A stretch of 14,867 nucleotides of DNA from a candidate division FCPU426 bacterium. GTDB taxonomy: Bacteria > Oederibacteriota > JAAXVQ01 > JAUVAV01. The DNA is taken from NCBI GenBank assembly GCA_030637655.1, contig DAOWGI010000078.1, positions 1 to 14,867 on the forward strand, in the 5' to 3' direction. A model generated the notes under the pieces. It was not told the origin of the DNA. It did no database searches and saw only the letters and a list, made by a program, of their open reading frames with translations. Shown one piece after another: positions 1-7,140 of this stretch (within the stretch, counting starts at the first letter, position 1; each line of letters begins with the position of its first letter). The position numbers were made by a program, and so were the translations under genes.

Positions 1-118
1 CTGGAAAAACTGTAGGGGCGAACCTTGTGTTCGCCCGAAAAAAACGCAGGGGCGACCAGCCGGTCACCTGTGTTGTGGAAAAATGGGAATCTGATTAATG
101 GTGCCAGGCACCTAATCC
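1..118. repeat. Composite REP-like repeat, copy 1 (5' end cut by window edge): two tandem GTAG/GCAG-type hairpins plus a GGTGCCAGGCACC palindrome
   Basis: Near-identical to 5112-5229 and 6907-7021. GTAG (12-15) is followed by stem GGGCGAAC/GTTCGCCC (16-36). GCAG (46-49) is followed by GGGCGACC-AGCC-GGTCACCT. GGTGCC-A-GGCACC lies at 100-112. Confidence 0.93.
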
Positions 119-119
119 G

Positions 120-473
120 CTGAAAACCGGCAAACCGGTGTGGAGACACCGCGACAAGGCCCGGTTCTATGACTCACAGGGGGGCGCTGGTCCGCGCTCA
201 ACACCGACCCTCAGCAATGGTCGCGGATACACCTTTGGTGCGACCGGAATCTTAAACGTGCTCAACGCAACTGACGGTACTGTCATATGGCCGCCTAACG
301 CGGCGTCTGACACCAAGGCAAAACTCCCGACCTGGATCTTCACGAGCCCGCCTTTGGTGGTCGATGATGTTGTCATCGTTGCTATTGCCGGCACGCTCGC
401 TGCTTACGACCTCGTTACCGGCGAGCCGCGCTGGGTTGGACTCAAGCATACAGATGGCGGAGAAATCCAATAA
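120..473 (+). pseudogene. Fragment of a PQQ-binding-like beta-propeller (BamB/PQQ_2-type) gene
   Basis: The frame reads [12 protein letters not shown]...[32 protein letters not shown]...[29 protein letters not shown], i.e. repeated (D/N)xxTGxxxW blade motifs. Only ~2-3 blades are present, with no RBS or proper N-terminus, and the fragment begins immediately after the repeat. Confidence 0.8.
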
Positions 474-590
474 AAGGATAGCGGTGGTCCGGATGGATTC
501 GGCCGGGCAGTGGAGCTGGAAAAATCGCGGCTGCTCACGGAAAATAACCTGGTGATTTTTTATTTAGGAGTTGGGGCCCGGAGTAATCAG

Positions 591-618
591 TTGAAGAGTT
601 CCTCTAAAAGTGTATAAT
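591..618 (+). promoter_or_regulatory. Putative sigma70 promoter for the DUF4157 gene
   Basis: TTGAAG (591-596), a 16-nt spacer and a perfect TATAAT (613-618), about 85 nt upstream of ATG 705. Confidence 0.5.
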
Positions 619-704
619 AATTCCGTTAGTGGTGTAACAAAAATCTGCCGGTATTGTTCATAAACGCTGTTTAACAGCACATCTTGCTTCACGAGGTGAC
701 GCCA

Positions 705-3095
705 ATGCTGCATGTCCATACCCCACAAGCCACTAAACATTTGCCACAGCATAATAAAAAGCCTCGCCCAAAACCAATGCATCAAAAAAGCAGTTCAAGG
801 GCATTAACCATGACTGTTAGATGTGTATGTGAAGGGCAATGTCCAAAATGCAGTGATTCAGGAATCAATACCCATACGCTTCAGAACAAAGCGGAGCTTT
901 CAGGGGGACCGCAGGTCCCCCTGACGCAAACGCCGATGCGTTTTGCTGGCCCCTCCTATCCGATTCAGGGGCTCCGCCCCCGAACCCCCGCTCTCTATTT
1001 TTATAGAGAGCCAAAGTATGAGCATGAAGCTGATATTCAGGCAGACCAATTGAACACTGGTCAGTCACAGGATAAGTCCGCGCATGACATTACAGCCGGC
1101 CGGTCAATGCAAAACCAGGGCTTGCCAAGCGCAATTGAAGCAGCAGTTAAAGGTCATGCTGGAAATGTCCTGGATGATCCAATAAAGGATCAATTTGAAG
1201 AGACGTTTGCTCGTGATCTATCTGCTGTTAGAATTCATGCTGATGTTAAATCAAATACACTTGCTCGGAATATAGGTGCGACGGCCTTCACCTGCGGTCA
1301 ACACATCTTTTTCAACCAAAACGCATTTCAACCCGGGACGCAGGCAGGGCAGCGGTTACTTGCGCATGAATTGACGCACGTCATGCAACAAACCCATCAT
1401 AGTCAAATACAAAAAGCTGAATTGGAATCACAGACAGCAATGTCCGTTGATGAAGATGTTCTCTTGGCCTTGCAAATTGCTGTTGATATGATGAATGGTG
1501 GTAACTGGTGGGAATCACAATTATTTCCAGCGCCGTGGCAGGAAGCATTGAATCAATTGATGGTCACTGTTGCCCGAGGCTCGACCCAATACGCAGGGAG
1601 GGAAGCGCAAGTTGTATTTCAAGAAGCTATTTTATGCTTGGAAGAAGCGATTCCTTATGTTGATGATCAATGGTTGGATACTCATTATTTTCCTAAAGTC
1701 ACAGCCTGGCAGAAAAAGTTTAGAGAAGAGGAACTGCGACTAGGTGTGGAAAATACCTATGAGCAGTTTGTGAACAATGAACTTCCGTCAATGGATGATT
1801 ATCCGGGACAGGCGGCCTACTTGGCTGCGAAAATGGATGAGCTTTATCGAACTGTTGATGTGGTTGATCAAGTCAAAAAAATAAGTAATTTTAAATTAGC
1901 ACGCAAAGGTGCATCTCTGGTTGATTGGTATGACACCTTTGGAAGGACCGAAAGTTATGCCACCCCCAAGTCCTTTTGGACTGGCAATGCGGTTATTGCC
2001 TACAGTACTGATCGTGGTGCAATGGTTAAGGACGGGATTACCCGCGCCAAAGGCATATTAATGGGTATTGATGCTGTTTTTAAAACACCGAAAATGTTAT
2101 CCGCTGAACCAATTTATGAAGACAATACCTTTGCTGATGTGGCCACTCGGGTGAAATGGGGGATTGAATTTATTAGTGGTGTATCAGCCCTGGTAGCAGA
2201 AACCGGGAATGTCGTATTAACTGCGATCGCGCCTTTTGTTAAAGATAAAGCCCTCCGGTTTGCCATACTTGGGCATGCTGATGATTGTATTGAAAAGTCA
2301 CGAAGCCTCTCCAAGTCTTTAGGATTAACGGGTGCTTTGGCAGCATTGGATTTGGCCAAAAACATGGCCATTATCGTAGACGCTAATTCAACATCCTTTG
2401 AGCGAATAGATGCAGGTGTTGGTGCAACTGTTGCTACCTTAAAATTGATGGAAGTAGGTGTCAAATATGGCGCACGCCCTGGAAGCCTCCTGGCAAGGCA
2501 TGGATTGCAATTTGGCGCCATGGAAGGTAGCATGGCCACAGTTGGAGGCGTAGCTTTGGCGCCCTTGGCGATATCCATCTCATTGAATTGGATGCTGTTC
2601 AAAGATGTGCTATTACCTTTGATGGGAAGCACCCGAATTAATGTTACCGCAGTGCTTATGCACGATGAAGTTGAAGATATGATTGAACAGGTGAATGCAA
2701 TTGGCCGGAGTTATGCTAAAGTCATTATTGCGCAGTCTATGAAAAATAATACGGAAGATGCTGAAAAGATTGAAATGTATCAATCCATTGAAAATGCAGC
2801 AGCAAAAGAAGTTGCCTATATGATTTATGAGTTCAATTTACATCATATTAACAGTTGGCGGTCCCGGACACTTAAACGTGAATTTCAGCAAATTATCTTA
2901 GAGCATAAAGACGCCCTGGAGGATCAGTTTGCAACTCCGGAAACCATAGCTCCGATTGTGGCTGCCTTGGTATATAAAGCAGAAATGTGCACAGTCTTCA
3001 TTCAATATTTGGTGGCTGATGAAGCAGGATTAAGTGGACCACAGGAAATTGATCGTTTGATTGCAGAAAAAAATCAAGGTGAAACCGTTCCCTAA
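705..3095 (+). CDS. DUF4157 (eCIS core domain) protein with hydrophobic helical C-terminal region; candidate toxin/effector, 796 aa
   Basis: GAGGTG RBS at 693-698 precedes ATG 705 (preferred over TTG 684). N-terminal CxCxGxCPKC and KYEHEADxxAD motifs are typical of DUF4157 leaders. The core is FEETFARDLSAVRIH...ARNIGATAFTCGQHIFF...GQRLLAHELTHVMQQ (HELTH at 1365-1379). Several Gly/Ala-rich hydrophobic segments lie at ~2150-2620. Confidence 0.9.
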   Translation: MLHVHTPQATKHLPQHNKKPRPKPMHQKSSSRALTMTVRCVCEGQCPKCSDSGINTHTLQNKAELSGGPQVPLTQTPMRFAGPSYPIQGLRPRTPALYFYREPKYEHEADIQADQLNTGQSQDKSAHDITAGRSMQNQGLPSAIEAAVKGHAGNVLDDPIKDQFEETFARDLSAVRIHADVKSNTLARNIGATAFTCGQHIFFNQNAFQPGTQAGQRLLAHELTHVMQQTHHSQIQKAELESQTAMSVDEDVLLALQIAVDMMNGGNWWESQLFPAPWQEALNQLMVTVARGSTQYAGREAQVVFQEAILCLEEAIPYVDDQWLDTHYFPKVTAWQKKFREEELRLGVENTYEQFVNNELPSMDDYPGQAAYLAAKMDELYRTVDVVDQVKKISNFKLARKGASLVDWYDTFGRTESYATPKSFWTGNAVIAYSTDRGAMVKDGITRAKGILMGIDAVFKTPKMLSAEPIYEDNTFADVATRVKWGIEFISGVSALVAETGNVVLTAIAPFVKDKALRFAILGHADDCIEKSRSLSKSLGLTGALAALDLAKNMAIIVDANSTSFERIDAGVGATVATLKLMEVGVKYGARPGSLLARHGLQFGAMEGSMATVGGVALAPLAISISLNWMLFKDVLLPLMGSTRINVTAVLMHDEVEDMIEQVNAIGRSYAKVIIAQSMKNNTEDAEKIEMYQSIENAAAKEVAYMIYEFNLHHINSWRSRTLKREFQQIILEHKDALEDQFATPETIAPIVAALVYKAEMCTVFIQYLVADEAGLSGPQEIDRLIAEKNQGETVP
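891..992. repeat. GC-rich multi-hairpin element inserted in frame in the DUF4157 gene (MITE/palindromic-element-like)
   Basis: Perfect 11-bp IR TCAGGGGGACC/GGTCCCCCTGA (900-924). Hairpin GCAAACGC/GCGTTTTGC (926-946). GCGGAGC (891-897) pairs with GCTCCGC (971-977). The element ends in GGGGCTCCGCCCCCGAACCCCCG and is 102 nt = 34 codons long. Confidence 0.65.
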
Positions 3096-3345
3096 AACTC
3101 ATAGAGTAACAGGTCAGTGAAGTGTTGTGTTAAAAAATCCCGGAAACTTATGGGCTGCGGATTTATTTTTTCCCTGGGACGCGACTTACCTGCAGATGGA
3201 AAAGGTGCCAAGCACAAAGTCCATCATTTATGCAGCTTATCTGCGGCGTACTAAGAAATTGATTTTCAAGAAAAGTTTAACAAAATCCGAAATAGTGTGT
3301 CAATGCCTAAAAATAGGCCGCAGGAGAATGGGTGAATTGTTTGTG

Positions 3346-3410
3346 AATGAGGGTCAGAGTTCGTTTTATTATTAAAACCTTAAGTTAACAAGCGAACTCT
3401 GACCCTCATT
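3346..3410. repeat. Perfect 18-bp inverted repeat with 29-nt AT-rich spacer (REP-doublet/MITE-like)
   Basis: AATGAGGGTCAGAGTTCG (3346-3363) is the exact reverse complement of CGAACTCTGACCCTCATT (3393-3410). Confidence 0.85.
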
Positions 3411-3490
3411 ATTAGTCGGGCAATCCGAATAGTGTGGTCGAAAAAAAAGTGGCTGGCACCAGTTCCCGCGCGGATTCTCAGTATAAGGGC

Positions 3491-3519
3491 TTGACGCTTT
3501 TCCTATAACTGGATATAAT
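3491..3519 (+). promoter_or_regulatory. Near-consensus sigma70 promoter for the AAA ATPase gene
   Basis: TTGACG (3491-3496), a 17-nt spacer and TATAAT (3514-3519); GGAG RBS at 3559-3562 before ATG 3570. Confidence 0.75.
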
Positions 3520-3569
3520 TACTGCCGGATACGTTAATAACTGAAAACAATAATTACCGGAGAAAACAG

Positions 3570-4949
3570 ATGATATATCGCAGGAATATAAATAAAAGCA
3601 AGAGCGGGGGTCGAAGTTATAGTGTGAGTCAAAGCCGCAGTACTGGGACGATCAAATCGATTATCCTGGATTTTCAGGAAATGAAGTTGGAAACTGGAGT
3701 GTCCCGCCGATTAAGCATCCGGACAGTTCCCGGCAAAGCCACTGTCTGCATTGGGGTTCGCCGGAGCGGGAAATCAACATATCTATATCAGATCATTGAA
3801 CGGTTTTTGAAAAGAGGAGTCCTTCGGGAGAATATTCTCTATTTGAATTTTTTTGATGACCGTCTTCACAACCTGCAACAGACAGGCCTTGACGTGATCG
3901 TCGAAGCCTATTATTCAATTTACCCGGAAAAGAAAAACATTGAGACGGTCTACTGCTTTTTTGACGAAATTCAAGCAGTTGTCGGATGGGAGCCTTTTGT
4001 CGACCGCTTAATGCGCACGGAAAAATGCGAGGTTTACCTGACGGGCTCGTCAGCCAGAATGCTTTCAAAGGAGATTGCCACGCAGATGCGCGGGCGGGCG
4101 TTGTCGTGGGAGCTGATGCCGTTCTCGTTCAGGGAATTCCTGGACCGGAAGGAATTAAAAAGCGCCGGTGCACTGTCCACTAAGCAGCGGTTTCTCATAC
4201 TGAAGGCTTTCGAGGAATACTGGGAGACCGGCGGTTTTCCGGAGGTGGCCGGCCTTGACCGGAACCTGCGAATAAAGATTCACCAGGAATATTTTAATGC
4301 CATTCTGTTTCGGGATTTGATCGAGCGCCACGACATTTCCCATCCCAAGGCTCTGACGGATCTGGCGCACCGGCTGGTAGACAACGCGGCTTCGCTTTAT
4401 TCCGTCAACAGTCTTACGGGATATTTAAAATCGCTGGGGCACAAGGTTCCCAAGGCAACGGTTTCAGAGTACCTGGAATGGTTTGAAGACGCCTATTTTC
4501 TTTTTACGGTGAGGATATTTGATGCATCGCTTGCACGCAGCAACACCAACGCGAAGAAAGTCTACTGTATCGATCACGCGCTGGTTGTTTCAGTGTCGTC
4601 CGGCATTCTGCTTAATTCCGGACATCTTCTGGAAAATCTCGTTTTTCTAGCGCTTAGGCGCCTTCAGCCGGAGATTTACTATTATAAGACAAAAGCCGGC
4701 CGGGAGGTCGATTTCATCGTCCCGATGAGCGGCCGCAAGCGGATGTTAGTCCAGGTTAGTGAGTCTTTAGCCGAACCGCAGACGAGGAATCGGGAAGTGA
4801 CGGCGCTGCGCGAGGCCATGGAAGAACTGGGGCTAAAATCCGGGACCATAGTAACCCGAAATGAAGAGACGATAATAAAATATTCCGGTAGTAGTACAAT
4901 CGAAGTGGTTCCGATATGGCGTTTTCTACTTGATCTGCCGGAAGCGTAA
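3570..4949 (+). CDS. AAA+ superfamily ATPase, AAA_14 + DUF4143 (COG1373-type)
   Basis: Walker A GVRRSGKS (3753-3776), LYLNFFDDRL, Walker B FFDEIQ, YLTGSSA, GGFPE, KKVYCID, GHLLENLV and C-terminal REVDFIV..LVQVS (DUF4143 PD-(D/E)XK-like fold). The true start could be slightly downstream (e.g. GTG near 3624). Confidence 0.92.
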   Translation: MIYRRNINKSKSGGRSYSVSQSRSTGTIKSIILDFQEMKLETGVSRRLSIRTVPGKATVCIGVRRSGKSTYLYQIIERFLKRGVLRENILYLNFFDDRLHNLQQTGLDVIVEAYYSIYPEKKNIETVYCFFDEIQAVVGWEPFVDRLMRTEKCEVYLTGSSARMLSKEIATQMRGRALSWELMPFSFREFLDRKELKSAGALSTKQRFLILKAFEEYWETGGFPEVAGLDRNLRIKIHQEYFNAILFRDLIERHDISHPKALTDLAHRLVDNAASLYSVNSLTGYLKSLGHKVPKATVSEYLEWFEDAYFLFTVRIFDASLARSNTNAKKVYCIDHALVVSVSSGILLNSGHLLENLVFLALRRLQPEIYYYKTKAGREVDFIVPMSGRKRMLVQVSESLAEPQTRNREVTALREAMEELGLKSGTIVTRNEETIIKYSGSSTIEVVPIWRFLLDLPEA

Positions 4950-5100
4950 ACTTTCCGGTTCACATTATAAGCTTGAAAAAGGGCCAAAACAAAGCACATA
5001 CTTATTTGTGCACACCTGAAAAGTAGTTCTCCAGACTTGTAGGACTTGTAAAAAGAGCAGTACAGGCAATCCAAAGCAGACAATTAGAAAACATGAGCGT

Positions 5101-5229
5101 TCCTAGTCATGCTGGAAAAACCGTAGGGGCGAACCTTGTGTTCGCCCGAAAAAAACGCAGGGGCGACCAGCCGGTCGCCTGTGTTGTGGAAAAATGGGAA
5201 TCTGATTAATGGTGCCAGGCACCTAATCC
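5101..5229. repeat. Composite REP-like repeat, copy 2
   Basis: TCCTAGTCATGCTGGAAAAACCGTAGGGGCGAAC...GGTGCCAGGCACCTAATCC shares 126 bp with 6896-7021 and 118 bp with 1-118, with only single-base differences. Confidence 0.95.
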
Positions 5230-5296
5230 CCTGTAAAGGTAAGTTTGATGCTTGTTTATTTAGACGGGGAATAGCGGGAAAAATTGCAGGAAAAAT

Positions 5297-5326
5297 AAAA
5301 AAAGTGGCCGGCACCAGCCGCGCACA
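5297..5326 (-). terminator. Possible intrinsic terminator for the minus-strand gene pair (also a member of the GGTGCCAG palindrome family)
   Basis: The minus strand reads GGCTG-GTGC-CGGCC-AC followed by a T7 run, just after the stop of the 5342-5770 gene. Confidence 0.4.
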
Positions 5327-5341
5327 CCTTCTTTTTTTTTA

Positions 5342-5770
5342 TCATCTGTGAAGTATCTCTGAGAGTGTTCTATGACTTCGACAAAGAAACCGACTTTTCT
5401 CTGGGAGGAACGCATGGTAGGTGGCATTCTCAACAAATTTATTTCTCCGGAAACTCCACAAATATCCCCTGTTTTCACAGATCAGCCCGAAATGTATGGG
5501 GATTCCATAGTACTGCCGCTGATACTCCGACAACATCAAGCGACGCCAAACCACAGTGTAGAAGAACATCTCTGAAATAGATTTGAGCTTCTTGAGTTTA
5601 TTTGTGTTGTGATCCGGCTGTATCACCAGGCAATATGTACGGCCTCCGGCGATTTGCTCGGCCTTCGCTGTCACCAGCTCCGGGAAACGTCGCACGTATA
5701 GATGAACGACAAGAAGAAGCAGGCAACTCAGTACAAGAAGAATGGTGCAGATTTTCGCAATTTTTTTCAT
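5342..5770 (-). CDS. Hypothetical protein with N-terminal membrane anchor/signal, 142 aa
   Basis: A purine-rich GGAAGGAAAAGGA precedes ATG 5770. MKKIAK is followed by hydrophobic ICTILLVLSCLLLLVVHLYV. No recognisable family. Confidence 0.65.
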   Translation of the reverse strand: MKKIAKICTILLVLSCLLLLVVHLYVRRFPELVTAKAEQIAGGRTYCLVIQPDHNTNKLKKLKSISEMFFYTVVWRRLMLSEYQRQYYGIPIHFGLICENRGYLWSFRRNKFVENATYHAFLPEKSRFLCRSHRTLSEILHR

Positions 5771-5863
5771 TCCTTTTCCTTCCAACCTTTGACTCCGTCC
5801 CCCAACCTCTGACAGAGGTGAGCCGGCCAAAGAAACTGAAGTTAAAAAACCTCGTGAGATGTT

Positions 5864-6580
5864 TTATTCCTTATATTCCTCATCCGAATATAGATGTTTT
5901 TCCAAATAGTTCCAAGCATGACGCTTGATCGATTGGTGAATGATCTTATCCCGCAGTTCGAAGGGCAAGTCAAGAAATCCATCGTTTGCCGTCATTAACC
6001 CAACGCCAATTCCGGACTGTTCATCATTCCAATCATCATGATGCCCCATTGGCATGTAAAGCAATTCTCGTATTTTAATAAAAGCCTTATCACAGACGCG
6101 ATAAACGTATGGTTCTTCTTCGGGCGCTGGTCTCGAATAATTAGTATTATAGGGAATTTCTCTTTTGTCTTCTAATAGCGCATAAAGACGCTGGTAGGTA
6201 GAATGTTCAATCATCATTGCTCCTTCAACCAGGTCTTCTGTCCAAAGGGCTTGCTGCCTCACATCTTTCGGTACTGGCATGACCAAATAAGCCGCTGACT
6301 TAATTATCAAACTCAGTTGCTCCATAGTATCCAAGACTTTAGCATCAATGGTGGAATTATCTATAATTTGATAACATTGATCAGATAAAGCATTTATATG
6401 ATGGGTGATATCCGTAATCAGCATCTCAACCTTAGCAGCGGCTAAACCTTGAGGATTCAATTTGATCAGGGATTGTATTTTATGACTAATGGGCATATCG
6501 CGGATTATTAATAATCGACCGGTGAAAAAACCGCCTATAAATACGCTGATTACAACTATTATTAGCAATAATAATTTCAT
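5864..6580 (-). CDS. Hypothetical protein with N-terminal transmembrane/signal segment, 238 aa
   Basis: AGGAGG RBS (complement of 6589-6594) lies 8 nt before the ATG. MKLLLLIIVVISVFIGGFFTG is a hydrophobic N-terminus, followed by a helical-looking soluble part. No recognisable family. Confidence 0.8.
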   Translation of the reverse strand: MKLLLLIIVVISVFIGGFFTGRLLIIRDMPISHKIQSLIKLNPQGLAAAKVEMLITDITHHINALSDQCYQIIDNSTIDAKVLDTMEQLSLIIKSAAYLVMPVPKDVRQQALWTEDLVEGAMMIEHSTYQRLYALLEDKREIPYNTNYSRPAPEEEPYVYRVCDKAFIKIRELLYMPMGHHDDWNDEQSGIGVGLMTANDGFLDLPFELRDKIIHQSIKRHAWNYLEKHLYSDEEYKE

Positions 6581-6895
6581 AACAAAAGCCTCCTATTACC
6601 TGAATTTTGTACCGCTAAGTGAAGCCAGCCTATAAAAGCTTTCCAAACGGATAACCGGCCCCCGGCGAAAAAAGGGCCGGCTTATCCGGCGCTGAGGACA
6701 ACTCAGCGGTTGTCTCCCCGGCCACGAATAACCAGAATACGGCCATATTTCGAGTTCCCGGTATGGTTAACGAAAAATAACTAAAAAAATAATACCACCA
6801 TTTCGGAGAGTTGCAAGCAGGATTGCTATTTGGGACTGTCGACAAAAGCATAAAAAAATGAAAAAGTTGTCATTCCGGGGCTCTGTTGAGGAATC

Positions 6896-7021
6896 TCCTA
6901 GTCATGCTGGAAAAACCGTAGGGGCGAACCTTGTGTTCGCCCGAAAAAAACGCAGGGGCGACCAGCCGGTCACCTGTGTTGTGGGAAAATGGGAATCTGA
7001 TTAATGGTGCCAGGCACCTAA
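6896..7021. repeat. Composite REP-like repeat, copy 3
   Basis: 126-bp match to 5101-5226 with two substitutions. Confidence 0.95.
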
Positions 7022-7140
7022 CAGACTTAAAGAAAAGAGAAAATAAACCCGATAATACTTATGGAATTTAGTTGTTTTTAAAGTATTAGAGAGGTTCTGA
7101 AATTTGGTATCTGAAATACCAACGATCGAGAGGGAGCCTT

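Noticed and set aside
2114-2632. 172-aa antisense ORF, and other short ORFs nested in the large genes (e.g. 4682-5083, 8296-8837, 10302-12797)
   Set aside because: Shadow frames of well-supported genes, with no independent motifs or RBS.
3127-3375. 82-aa ORF between the DUF4157 and ATPase genes
   Set aside because: GTG start without a clear RBS, no recognisable motif, and it runs into the inverted repeat; probably non-coding.
4938-4962. Intrinsic terminator after the ATPase (CCGGAAG...CTTTCCGG)
   Set aside because: The stem overlaps the stop codon and lacks a convincing U-tract.
5034-5050. Tandem GACTTGTA x2
   Set aside because: Only two 8-bp copies; compatible with chance, and no function can be supported.
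5084-5351. ORFs crossing repeat copy 2 (and 7244-7537 crossing the REP)
   Set aside because: They are translations of repeat DNA; the same peptide (NTGDR.VAP) recurs simply because the repeat recurs.
6640-6700. Integron attC site
   Set aside because: The bulged stem is attC-like, but proper RYYYAAC and GTTRRRY boxes are not present at the right spacing, there is no similar site between the two minus-strand genes, and no integrase is in the window.
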